A DNA stretch of 64,000 nucleotides from contig NC_043003.1 of NCBI RefSeq assembly GCF_006345805.1, positions 113,398,001 to 113,462,000 of the forward strand, read 5' to 3'. Every line of letters starts with the position of its first letter. Position 1 is the first letter of the stretch. The position numbers and the translations under genes were made by a program. Below are positions 52,220-64,000 of this stretch, one piece after another. This stretch comes from Octopus sinensis. Lineage: Eukaryota. The notes under the pieces are model-generated. The model searched no databases. It saw only the letters and a program-made list of their open reading frames with translations, and had not been told where the DNA came from.

Positions 52220-53523
52220 ACAACGTCAATACAAGTATATATATATCTATATATGTCAACAAGTACACAAGTTACTCAGTTTCATTTAATGGCTTTTCTT
52301 GTAGCTCGCAATCGGAAGGCATCAGGCCAGTCTAAGCCGAGACTTTGTGCAGTTTCTATTCATTTTCAAAACTGCAAGTTTCTTGGGCAATGTGTTATTT
52401 TCTTTTTTCTTTATCATCTACATGAATGAATGTGATAGAGTACTTATCAAATAGAGTACTCACACTTTTCTATGCTGAGACTCTCCATAAATTATATCTA
52501 GATGAAGACATTTTAACTTCAAAGAGCTTAACCCAGAAATTACTGAAGGGGACAACAGACAGAGAGCAATATATTCCTCTGAGTAGCAGCTGTATTGACA
52601 AGCACTTCAGCTACTCCTATTCATACGAGAAGAATAGGTTCTGTCAAACCAGTTGGACCAACACATTGTATGGCAAGTTAAATATATGAGCTGTTAATTA
52701 AGGGACATAGTAAACGTATTAATGAATTTATGCATCACTTGGTATATATGAACGCTATTAATTAACCTTACAACAATAATCTCAACAGTAATCATGTCTT
52801 TGAATATCAAAACAGTGTTGTGTGTGTGTGTGTGTGTGTGTGTATTTATATTCCTTTTGTTTTACAAATGAAAGAAAGAAAAGTGAACTAAATGCATAGA
52901 AACTGAGTTTGTAGAATATCTTATCTCAAGAGGAATTGAAAAACTTGCAGGATTGTGCCAATGCAGTTACCAAACTCTTGAACAATCTCTTAACTTGACT
53001 GAAATGTCTTCAGACCCTGAATCACTCCTATAACAATTACAATTAATAGAATATTAGAACATTTCACACACACACACAGACACACACACACACACAGATA
53101 AAATAAGAAAGACAATAAATGAGCCAAGAGCAAAGCGGAGTTCTTCTGCAGCAAATATACATTTTTCAGCTGGGAAAATGTGTTGAATTTTTCCCTTTCT
53201 TTTCTAGCATATAGATGGAGCCCTTGGAGGAGATGATAATAATATGCTGGTAGAGCGTTATGCTTGGGTGGGAAACAGGTAATATGTTAAAAGGGAACAT
53301 TAGCAAGGTGCATATAAGTTGAAAAGAAATAAGACAATAGATAAATGGGGAATATGTATAAATAACAAAAAGCAAGAAAAAAAACCTCTTTGGGGCAAAG
53401 CAAAAGATTTTTTGGAATGGATAAAACATTGCAAGAGATAGGATTTCTCTGAGGCTTCAGTTTGTTGACAGGTAGAGAGGGGATTCACTGACACAAACAC
53501 ATACACACACACTAATAATAATG

Positions 53524-53563
<40 letters not shown>

Positions 53564-53584
53564 TAATAATGATGATAATAATAA

Positions 53585-54135
53585 GTACCAGGCAGCGGCT
53601 CTCATGGCTCCTGATCTTAACTGATTGGAAGTGTTGTCATGTACGTTGTTTTGTGTTGGTATAAAAGATGGGCTACAGCAAATATTCTGCTCAATACCAC
53701 AGATTTGCTTGTCAGTTGTTTGAACATAACCAGTTGAGCATGTCCCTTAGTGGCTGACAATATGTGCATCTCTGATCACGAGTAGAAGTAGTGGGGGAGC
53801 ATCATAGCCATGTGTTGAGAAGGATTCTTTGGGGCTTGAATGATTCACCTCTGGAAACATGGGTGTTTCATTCAACATCCTCAAACAACCCCTAATCAGG
53901 AACCTTTAGAGTGGGATGGGTTACCCAACCAGAAGAAAATTCTAACTGGGCCCCACCTGCAAGGTCATGCGCTGTTTATCTTGATATGAGATCACCACGT
54001 CGCGCACATATGGTTGTGATGCATGTGCCTGGTGTACCCTTATCAGATGGGTAGTCATGATGGGTATATTGGGCTCCGTATATTTTACCCCAGTGTCACT
54101 TTGATGGCATGAACTGCTCTCTCACTCAATAATAA
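53585..54135 (+). mobile_element. Unclassified ~550-bp repeat between (TAA)n runs; related copy at 55396-55713
   Basis: (TAA)n on both sides; the 3' half recurs inverted 1.3 kb away; no ORF. Confidence 0.6.
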
Positions 54136-55799
54136 TAATAATAATGATGATGATGAAAGTGACAGATTCGGCACTATTTCAATATATACTTGTATTGATG
54201 TTGTTACAAAGTACTTGTGTAATATTGTCATTCTTACAAAAGGTTAAATCACTGAACAGACATGGTTTGTGGGGTCAACCGCGTCCTCCACTTCATTTTT
54301 TTGTTAATCACTCATTCTCATTTAATTGTATATATTTTAATTGTTTGTTTATTCATACGTTTCATCTCATTCGATACCCTGACCCCAACGTTTGTTTTGT
54401 CTGTCCCCATATTGTCCCCTCTTTTTCTCAACCTTATGGTGAATAAAGAAATACTCTGCCAAAAAACACAACATCCACATTATGTATTCTGGCTACAAAA
54501 GTAATTACAACATTTAAAAAAAAAAAAGAATGTTTTCTCCAGAAAGAAATTTCTACTTAATTTATAATTCTTTTCTTAACATAGCAAAATATTTTGAGTC
54601 CTCTTACAACTGTGTATTGAAAATCTAAGACTAAGAATGTATTGAATACCATAGAATTGGTTTGGGTCTCCTTTCGGTTAAACAATCAGTCCGCTTTGGC
54701 CTAATTCGACCCCAGGACTTATTCTTTGTAAGCCTAGTACTTATTACATTGGTCAATTTTTGCTGAACCACTAAGTTACGGGGACGTAAACACACCAGCA
54801 TCGGTTGTCAAGCGATGTTGGGGGGACAAACATAGACACACAAACCCACATATATATATACATATATACGACGGGCTTCTTTCAGTTTCCGTCTACCAAA
54901 TCCACTCACAAGGCTTTGGTCAGCCCGAGGCTATAGTAGAAGACACTTGCCCAAGGTGCTATGCAGTGGGAATGAACCCAGAACCATGTGGTTGGTAAGC
55001 ACGCTACTTACCACACAGCCACTCCTGTGCCTGTCTTTTAAAAAAAACAATACAAATTTAATTACCGACTACTATGAAACATGCACGTCAGCATTCATAG
55101 TATTTTAAGGTTTTAATTTTAATTAAAATAAGAACTAAACTACTTGCTAATTATTAGTTTTGTTAATAACTACCATGCTTAAGCTTGCAAAATATAACAT
55201 AGGAGGAAACTAAATTCAAATTTTATGCATGAATGTTTAAGATTGTAGGTAACTGCCAAGATTTTGAAAGTGCTTGTTGTTTTCTATATTTTATTAAAAG
55301 TTGAGAAATTAAAGTAAATTAAAAGTTGAGAACTGGGGTCGATGTAATCGAATGTCCCCTTCCCCCAAAAGGATTATTATTAGTACTATCATTATCAAGT
55401 GAGAGAGCAGTGCATACCATCAAAGTGATACTGGGGTAAAATATACAGGGCCCAATATACCCATCATGACTACCTGTCTGATAAGGGTGCACCAGGCACA
55501 TGCACCCAAACCATATGTACATGCTATGGTGATTTCATATCAAGATAAGCAATGGGACCCATTTAGAATTTTCTCCAGGTCACTTAGCCCATCCAACTCA
55601 AAAGGTCCATGAATAAGGGCTGTTTAAGGATGCTGAATGAAACACCCTGTATATTGGGCCCTGTATATTTTACCCCAGTATCACTTTGATGGTATGCACT
55701 GCTCTCTCATTTGATAGTCCTCTGTTACTAACATAATTCTGAACTCTACAGAAAGCATGATTGAAGGGAATACTTTGATATTTCGTCACGAGAGAAAGA

Positions 55800-56190
55800 A
55801 GTTGTGACTTTCAAACCTGATAATCCATAGTGATAAGAATTTTGCAGAAAGTGTATGGAGAGGTGTGTATGAGCTGCACACGAGTGTCCGAGTGGTTCCA
55901 ATGTTTCTAAGATGGCTGAAAAAACGTTGATAATGACAAAACGTTCTGGGAGACTTGCAACCAGTAGAACTGAGAAAAACATTGCAGATGTGCATGCAGC
56001 TGTGAAGGGAAATCACAGAATCACAGAATCAGATTAGTTATGGTTCACTGAAGATTTGGGTACGAGACATGTGTCTGCCAAGTTTGAGCCAAAACTGCTT
56101 TCAGCTGACCAAAAAGACACTCAGGTTTTAGTTGCACCAGATCTCTTAGATTGTATCAAGAACAATGAAAACCTTTTGAAAACTTTGCAT
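55800..56190 (+). mobile_element. Mariner transposase N-terminal remnant
   Basis: Broken-frame LQKVYGE.CMS..RVSEWF..F.DG..RSGR..SRT and VSAKF.PKLLS.DQK. Confidence 0.7.
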
Positions 56191-56956
56191 AGGCCTCTGA
56201 GCAGGTATTGCCTAGCTTTTGGCAAAATTTGATGCAAATTCTCTGCCCAACTTTCTCTGTGATGGTTAATGCAATGATCACACACTACACACGTTCCTTC
56301 AAAGTACTGCTGTAATTAGCAGAAGTGAGCTAGAACGTTAAAATTTAGTGCACATGCACAGCAGAGGTTAAGGTCAATTTGTGCCAACTGAATTTATGCT
56401 GTATGCTTTAGCTTTGTTACTCTGGCATCAGTCCAGGTATTTATTGATAAGACAACATATACCTCATAAATTATCACTTTTCATTTTTTTTTATATCAAA
56501 AGTCTCTTGCTTTATGCCAGAGACTTGCTGCTGACCCTTAAATATATAAGAAACATACCCCTACAAAATGGATTATAACTGTCTGTATTTCAAATGGCTA
56601 CCTAATGACCCTCTCACACTACAAGTGTTCCACTTTGAAGGCACCATCTCGAAACAAGTGATGCTTCAAAATCTAAGAGAATATTCCATCTTAATTTTAT
56701 CCTTTATTGTTGATTAGAAAAAAACTGTTCCTACTGTTGTGTATGCATTTATCAGCCAATATCAAACACACTACATTTGCGTCAATGATCCCCAGACAAC
56801 AACATGGAAAAGGGGAACAGAAGGGATTTAGTTGGGAAAGTAACGAAAAAAGCAACAAGAAAAAGTCAAAGTCTCACATACCAGCAATGCTTTTCCTTTG
56901 TATCCGTCGTCATGCGAACCATGCATGCTGGCATGCCGGGAGAAGTATGGCCCTAC

Positions 56957-57204
56957 CCTCAATCGACGTCCAATCCGTTCAAGTAAGCGGTTCTGTTTTG
57001 GACGACCAGATCGGTCAAGGTAGAAGCGCCACTCCAGTCTGTGCACATACAAATTTGGAATGATCATTTTCCGCTTGAAATGCATCCTATGTTTACTCTC
57101 GAGGATCGGATGACCTCTGGTTTCCAAGGCAACAGTAAGGTTCGATGGAAAGACGATGACAACAGCGCCATCTGGGAGGTATGTGACTTTAGTCTGGACT
57201 GCAC
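56957..57204 (-). CDS. TENM: Teneurin internal exon (248 bp, phase 1 in, phase 0 out), start of YD-repeat region
   Basis: Reads (x)AVQTKVTYLPDGAVVIVFPSNLTVALETRGHPILESKHRMHFKRKMIIPNLYVHRLEWRFYLDRSGRPKQNRLLERIGRRLR, matching the teneurin ..ALxTxxH..xEWR..GRRLR segment from memory. Acceptor caatag|GT with TACTAAC upstream; donor AGG|gtaggg. Joins in frame to INGVNLL of the next exon. Confidence 0.88.
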
Positions 57205-57230
57205 CTATTGATTTATAACAATAATATATG

Positions 57231-57237
57231 GTTAGTA
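57231..57237 (-). promoter_or_regulatory. Candidate branch point TACTAAC for the exon at 57204
   Basis: Plus-strand gttagta = TACTAAC on minus, 26 nt before the exon boundary, with no other AG in between. Confidence 0.55.
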
Positions 57238-57377
57238 AAACAATGAAAGAATATAAATGAAAAAAAAGTCATAGAATCAGATACTAACTTACACACACAC
57301 ACACACACATTTGCGCATTTTTCAATGTATATTCAAGTAGGAACTGAAATTGCATAATAATTGTCATTATCTCACAA

Positions 57378-57423
<46 letters not shown>

Positions 57424-57485
57424 CCCAGTTACATACATATGCTATATATATATCATATATATGTATTATGTCTTATGTATATATC

Positions 57486-57517
<32 letters not shown>

Positions 57518-60269
57518 GATATACATATAAACGTATATAGATATATTATTTACATGCATCACATATATGTTTGTGATCTATTGAATGGTTTATTATAAAC
57601 ATATTAAATGAACATATTAAAACCTTTTTCATCAACCAAACAATCAATAAATCAAAGAATTAAACAAAGAAAATTAGGAAAGAAAAGTTTCGAAAATCAT
57701 AAAGGACATGCAGCTAAAGATTTCAGATCCTGGGAGCATTTTCAGCAAATTCATGTCCCTTAAAATTTTTCATTTAAAATCAGAAAAGTTTGGAGTTGGC
57801 AGAGAGAGCCAAGCAAGTGGATAAGGCATACCTAGACACATGTAATTTTGTGTATACCTGGATCTAATCATCTTAGAAGAATGCATTTTGCTCAGGCAGT
57901 TAGAGTTAGCTTAAAAGAGAGTGGAGCTCAAAGCAAGCAAGGATTTTGTTTTGGGTTCTTTTCCTCATAGTTTATTTACAAAACAAAACAAGAAAACAGA
58001 GAAAAATCCTACAAAATGGGTAAAAAACATTTCATTTTCCATTTGACCATCGCAAGACATGAAACTGTTGTCTCCATCCGGGGGGATCATGATGTCAATC
58101 CAGAAATATTAGGAATGTTTGTGTAAGGGATGTATTTGTTGATTGTTTATCTGTTCCCTCGATTGAGATCATGATGCGAAACAATGTTTAATAACAACAA
58201 TAGTAATGATGATGATGATGATGATAATTAATAATAACAATAATATCAATAACCATATAAATTTGTTAAAAGTTTATATGGAAGTGCACAGGAAATCAAT
58301 AGAAATTAAGGCTTTTACTAAGGAAAAAGGTTTAATTAAAGATCAACTACCTACACACACATACACACACACGCACGCATGCACATATCCCTAAACTGGG
58401 TTTCCTTAGTTTTAATATATGTTTGCTTTAGTTGCACTTAAAAACGTTCCAATGTTTTCCTGGTAGAAGGAAAAAAAAACTGGGATAGTGTTTGGGAAGT
58501 CATTTTATTATGTTGTTGGCCCTTTTGGGGTGATTTCTCTCATTTCTTTTCACTTGTGGAGTTTCCCTTTCCATTGGAAAAGAAATGAAATACTAATTGT
58601 AGGTTAAACAAGCTAAGTGATCACATCAACAACAAACTAAAAAGAATTCAGTGAAAATATTTTTGCTAATAAAGAAAAAAAATCAGAAGAGTCAATAAAT
58701 ATGTGTGTGTGTGTTGTTGATAGACTCATCGTTGTTGAATAACACTTGTTGGAGTTGGTATCAAAATCAAAGGAAATAACGAATAAAAATCAAGGAACTG
58801 TAAAGAATTATAAATAGATGGATGTTCAAGAATAAATAAAAATAATATACCTCCCAAAAATTCACATGAAAAACCAAGAACAGAAGAATAGAAAACTGGG
58901 AAAATAGAGTTGATTATTCTTAATATTCCTGTAAACCCATGTTCACACACACACACATTGGTATATTTACATATGACATATACAAACTTACTCGTTTATA
59001 TGAGTGTGCATGTGTGGTTTTGTGTTTTATGTTTTTCAAGCTTGTATGGGTGAGACAAAAATATAATCAAGGGATTTTTTTTACAGCTAGAAATCTTTCC
59101 CCTAACAAGCCCTTACCTGCTTTCAGGTAAGAGACTTCTTATTCACACACCAATAAAACCTGAAACAAGTAAGCAAGCTGTGGAGAGTACAAGACCCATT
59201 GCTTAGTGTTGCTGTAGTGGAGCCTAAATTTGAACACAAACACAGACACACCAGATATACCGGATGGAAAATATGATGTTGATATCATGTTGTCTTTTGT
59301 AAATGTATTTTCCTTTCATAAACACAACAAGATTAATCTGAAAACACACAAACACACATCTCAAATGAACTGTTATTAGTTACTTTGTAACAAATTCGCT
59401 GCAGCAAATCAGTGCCCAAAATTTTAGTCTTATGAAATTCATGGGATGTTCCCTATAGAGACATAAAGTGAAATACTTCTCTCTTAATTATGTAGTTAAT
59501 TACATAGAGCAACATACCAGTTATGTATGTTGTAATACATGAGCGTGCATCAAGTTAAAAGGTTTGTCTTTATTTCTTTGGGGTTTTGTCAAGTTAAAAA
59601 CCAATCTCATACACTGTGTGACATTGTAATGCAATTAACAAATAATAATTAGCAAATGCACAGAACATCAAATTACAATATTTAATCAAAAACATTATGA
59701 TATGCCACAACCTCAAGTAAAACATTTATTAAAAAATACCATGAGGCAGAAAAAAACTTCCCAAGTTGTGGTGCACATCCCACAGGTGGGGTGGGGCAAT
59801 GTTTTGGGTGGGGTTTGTGTCACTTCATAATCGGGTGAAAGAAAATAACTGAAAAAAGTTTTAACTACAACTTCTACCAAAATCATACACACACACACAT
59901 ATATATATAAACTCCTGGACTCCAACCTAGCATGGTTTTTATGAAATGAATTTTTGGACATTTTTTTGTTTGAGGGGAGTAAGAAAAATCTTTTTAGTCA
60001 ATTGATATTTTATTTTATTTAGATTTTTAGTCACATGATATGCTTTAGAATTCTTAGTTGATTGTGTATACCTTCTTGTTTAGGCCGTTCTATATACCTG
60101 TATTTTTGTTTGCATATATATATATTTTACTTTCTGTATTTTTTTTGTATATGTATTCTTCATATGTTGAAAGGCCATGGTAATATTTATATATGCTCAA
60201 ATGTTTGGAGGCATGGTGTTATGTATAAAGTCATTGACTCGAATTTGACGTTTGTTCTCTGATCAATGT

Positions 60270-60506
60270 TTTATTTATATATACATATATCCATACATAC
60301 ATACATATATATATACATACATATATATATATACACACACATATATATATACACACACATATATATATATATACATATATACATATATATATATACATAC
60401 ATAAATACATACATATATACATACATATATACATACATGTATATACATACATATACATACATACATATATACATACATACATATATATATACTTACATAT
60501 ATATAT

Positions 60507-60539
<33 letters not shown>

Positions 60540-60700
60540 CATACATATATACATACATATATATACACACATATATATATATATACACACACATACATAT
60601 ATGTACATATATATATATATATATATATAATATATATATATATGCACACACACACACATACATACATATGTATATATGTATATACAGTCACACACACACA
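60270..60700. repeat. Compound (TA)n/(CA)n/(TACA)n microsatellite; similar blocks at 300-620, 840-945, 6150-6450, 7510-7760, 27880-28190, 32085-32285, 61010-61330, 63480-63710
   Basis: Direct inspection; source of the YIYI/CVCV ORFs. Confidence 0.95.
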
Positions 60701-61034
60701 CACTTTCTAGATTCAGAACTGGGCTCACTTTTCTTGGAGCATGAGATGAAAATAGTTGAGAAACACTGCAATAGCATATCACAAGACCAAACTGAAATTC
60801 CATCAATTATTTGTTCAATATAAGAGCAGAATTTTATTAAACAAGAAGAAGTCTGCTAAAGAAATATGTTTGGCTGAGAGAGAAATAAATGAATGAGATA
60901 ATGTTATGTCAACACTGGAAACTACGGAAAGTAATTATTTAAATTTACATTTTGATATTCGACACAAAAATAGCAGCTGCAGATAGTCTTGTTTAAAAAG
61001 TAAGCTTACTTATATATACACACATATACATACC

Positions 61035-61076
<42 letters not shown>

Positions 61077-61238
61077 CTAACACATATATATGCACACACA
61101 CACACATATACATACATATGTATACACTTATATACATACATATGTATATACATATATACATGCATACATATTTATACATATTACATTTGTACATACATAT
61201 ACGTAGATACACATGCATCTATATCTATCTATCTATAC

Positions 61239-61324
<86 letters not shown>

Positions 61325-61644
61325 TTGTGTATTTGTAATGTAAGTTTAGTAAAAAAAACATTGGTTTCATATCTAGCGTGAACAGGACATCTCTTCAGTT
61401 TTCCTAAACAGAAAGCATTCTCTGCAAAGAATGTTTGTTTTAAAACACAAGAATGCTGGTGATAGTTCTTGAAATAAGCCTCTTTAAAAATATGGCCAGG
61501 CAAGTTGTCTTCCTTTGCTTGATAGCTAGGTTTTCCAATTTTTAAGTAAAAATTTCCAAAAATGTGGGCAATTCCCCATGGCTTTTTTTTTTAATATATA
61601 TATATATATGTATATAATTATGTGTGTATATAATTATGTGTATA

Positions 61645-62085
61645 TAAGTTAAGTTAAGCAAGGCCATGTAGGGAGACATGGAGTTATGTACAGGGAGGGT
61701 GTTCAGGCAAAGAGTTCAGGCCATATCTGGTCAAGAGAGACTTTGAACCGAGCGGTCGTTGGCATCTTCACTATCTCGTCCGGCAGCTTATTCCACGGAT
61801 CCGCAACCTGGACGGAGAAAGCCCCTCTCCAATTGAGATGAAATCGTCACAGACAGAGCTTTTCGGAGTGACCCTGCAGCCAACGCTCTGGAGCAGGAGT
61901 GTAGAACAGCTCTTTCGAGAGGTTACACTTTCCACTTATGATGTTTTGAGCAAGAATGAGATCACCAAGACTTCGTCGTTTTTCGAGAGAATAAAGGTCG
62001 AGCGTCTTCAGCCTTTCTTCATAAGACAAATGCTTGAGACCAAGAACCATGCAGGTAGCCAGCTTCTGGACTCTTTCGGGTCCAC
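61645..62085 (-). mobile_element. 3' end of a CR1-type LINE with (CTTAA)n tail
   Basis: ERVQKLATCMVLGLKHLSYEERLKTLDLYSLEKRR..GDLI..GHSEKL..AFSVQVADPWNKLP..FKVSLD. Confidence 0.85.
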
Positions 62086-62099
62086 ATATATATGCTCGC

Positions 62100-62610
62100 A
62101 CACATTGGGCATCACAGAGGCAATGGCTTGTGACCAAGACCTTTGGCAATATGCTCATTGAGAAGAGCCATCGAGCTGAGTGAAACCGTAGTCATGGCTG
62201 ATGTGCGTGTCATGTAAGTGGCACCGATGTTGGTGGCACAATGAAGGCACTTGTCGACTGTTGAGTCTCAAGGAGGCAATGTGGCCAATGCTAGTGTCAC
62301 ATAACCAGCACCTGTGCTGGGGGCATGTGAAAAGCCCCTTTCAAGCACTGGGCCCCACAGAGACAGTGACAAGTGAGCGAGATCTTTGGCAATATGGCGT
62401 GCTTGAGATGAAGACCCATGAAACCAAGTGAAATTGAACAAATGGCAGACACTGGTTCCATGCAACTGGCACTGAGTGGTTGGTGTTAAGGAGGGCACAC
62501 AGCCATAGAAATCATGCCAAATCAGATTGGAGTCTGGTGCAGCCCCTCAGCTTACCAGCCCTGCCCAAACCAACCAACATATGCCAGCATGGACAATAAA
62601 TGATGATGAC
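62100..62610 (+). mobile_element. Old RTE 3' fragment (ORF end plus UTR)
   Basis: TEAMACDQDLWQYA resembles the RTE ORF end near 14750; terminal module with gatgatg tail. Confidence 0.65.
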
Positions 62611-62724
62611 ATACATTATATACATATATATATGCATGTGTGTGTGTGTATATATACATACATATATATGTACATATACATACATGTGTGTGTGTATATA
62701 TATATATATATGCATACATACATG

Positions 62725-63450
62725 TATGCTAAATTGGCAATGAAATGTAGGCGGCTGACCAGATGGATTCTTAGAGCTTTTAGAACAAGAGACCAGGAAA
62801 CCATGATGGTCCTCTGGAGGACGCTTATCCTAAGCCACTTTGACTATTGCTCTCAGCTATGGTCACCATCCAGTGTCAAATTAATCACAGAACTTGAGGC
62901 AATCCAACGAAGCTACACGAAGAAGATAGCCTCTATGCAGCATATAAGCTATTGGGAAAGACTCAAGAGATTAAGACTCTATTCCTTATAGCATAGGCGG
63001 GAAAGATCTGCCATAATATACATCTGGAAGATCCTGGAAGTACTTGTCCCAAACTTTGGTATCGAGAGTTACACAAATACTAGAACTGGGCACCAGTGCA
63101 TAGTGCCAAGGACTCCAAATTTGTCATCAAGATGTAGGACAAGATACTGTGATAGCCTGGGCTTCAGAAATCCACAGCTCTTCAATATCCTCCTGAAGGA
63201 CCTTAGAGACCTGCATGGGGTAGATGCAGATGTCTTTAAAATAAAGCTGGACCTCTTCCTTTTAGGTGTCCCAGATGAACCAACTTCACGGCAGGAGGTG
63301 CAGATGAGGGCAGCTGCATCGAACTCTCTCATGCACCAAATGTCAATTGCTAAAAAGCATTTGTTAAGTAAAATCATGTAGCAACACCGAATGGCGGTGC
63401 CCCAGCATGGCCACAGCTCGTGAGCTGAAACTAGATGAAAAGATGAAAAA
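62725..63450 (+). mobile_element. CR1/L2-superfamily LINE, copy 3 (3' part)
   Basis: KCRRLTRWILRAFRTRD..FDYCSQLWSP..YWERLKRLRLYSL; tail ggcggtgccccagcatggccacagctcgtgagctgaaacta. Confidence 0.85.
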
Positions 63451-63480
63451 AAAAAGAAAAGATGTATATATATGTATGTT

Positions 63481-63515
<35 letters not shown>

Positions 63516-64000
63516 GCATACATGCTCTGTATGTATACACATACACACATATATATATATACATGCATACACACATATATACATGCATACATATATGTAT
63601 ATATATATATATGCATATTCATATATATCCATACATACATTATGTATATATTTACATACATATATACATGCATGCACACACACATGCTCACACATGCATA
63701 TGTATGTGGGGCAGACATGGTGTAGAATTTAAATTTAAAGGATTATATATCTTGACTAAGTGTTTGTTTTAGAATAAAAATTTCAAAGTTCACAGAAATT
63801 AACTTCCCTGCAATGAATTCGCAAATAATTTCCAATCTGACATTGTTTTATCCTCATTACATTTTGGGGGTTTTCTCTATTACTGGTCTTCAAAAGACTT
63901 GCACAGTTTTAATGAACTCCTCACATGAGGGATTTGTGTGTTATGAAGATTGATTTGTTAGGAAATAACCACCACTGGGTAGTTTTTCAAGAAGAGCTCA

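Noticed and set aside
57300-64000. Further upstream teneurin exons
   Set aside because: No teneurin-like reading frame found by eye; they probably lie beyond the window.

Overview
AT-rich, microsatellite-dense animal genomic DNA; the repeat families and composition suggest a cephalopod, probably Octopus (inference, no database search run). The only host gene I can support is the 3' part of a teneurin (Ten-m/TENM-like) gene on the minus strand. Four exons (57204-56957, 25936-25637, 21197-19586, 9217-8349) splice in frame through GT-AG introns of 31,020, 4,439 and 10,368 bp and encode about 1,008 aa: YD/RHS-repeat shell, RHS-core motif and the Tox-GHH/TCAP-type C-terminus. Upstream exons are not found in the window. 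The introns and flanks are filled with decayed mobile elements: RTE, CR1/L2-like, R4/Dong-like and Penelope-like retroelements, four tRNA-derived SINE families, and Tc1 and mariner remnants. Nearly all ORFs in the supplied track are microsatellite or transposon artefacts. The most interesting unannotated signal is RNA structure: (1) several type I hammerhead ribozyme motifs, two of them structurally complete, sense to the teneurin pre-mRNA, 18 kb apart in one intron, with mutually complementary stem III segments; (2) a SINE and an L2/CR1-like LINE sharing a 3' stem-loop with compensatory changes; (3) three ~50-nt RTE inserts truncated at the same stem-loop edge; (4) several inverted-duplication hairpins. 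Exon coordinates were counted to the base; transposon boundaries are approximate. Nothing was tested computationally.
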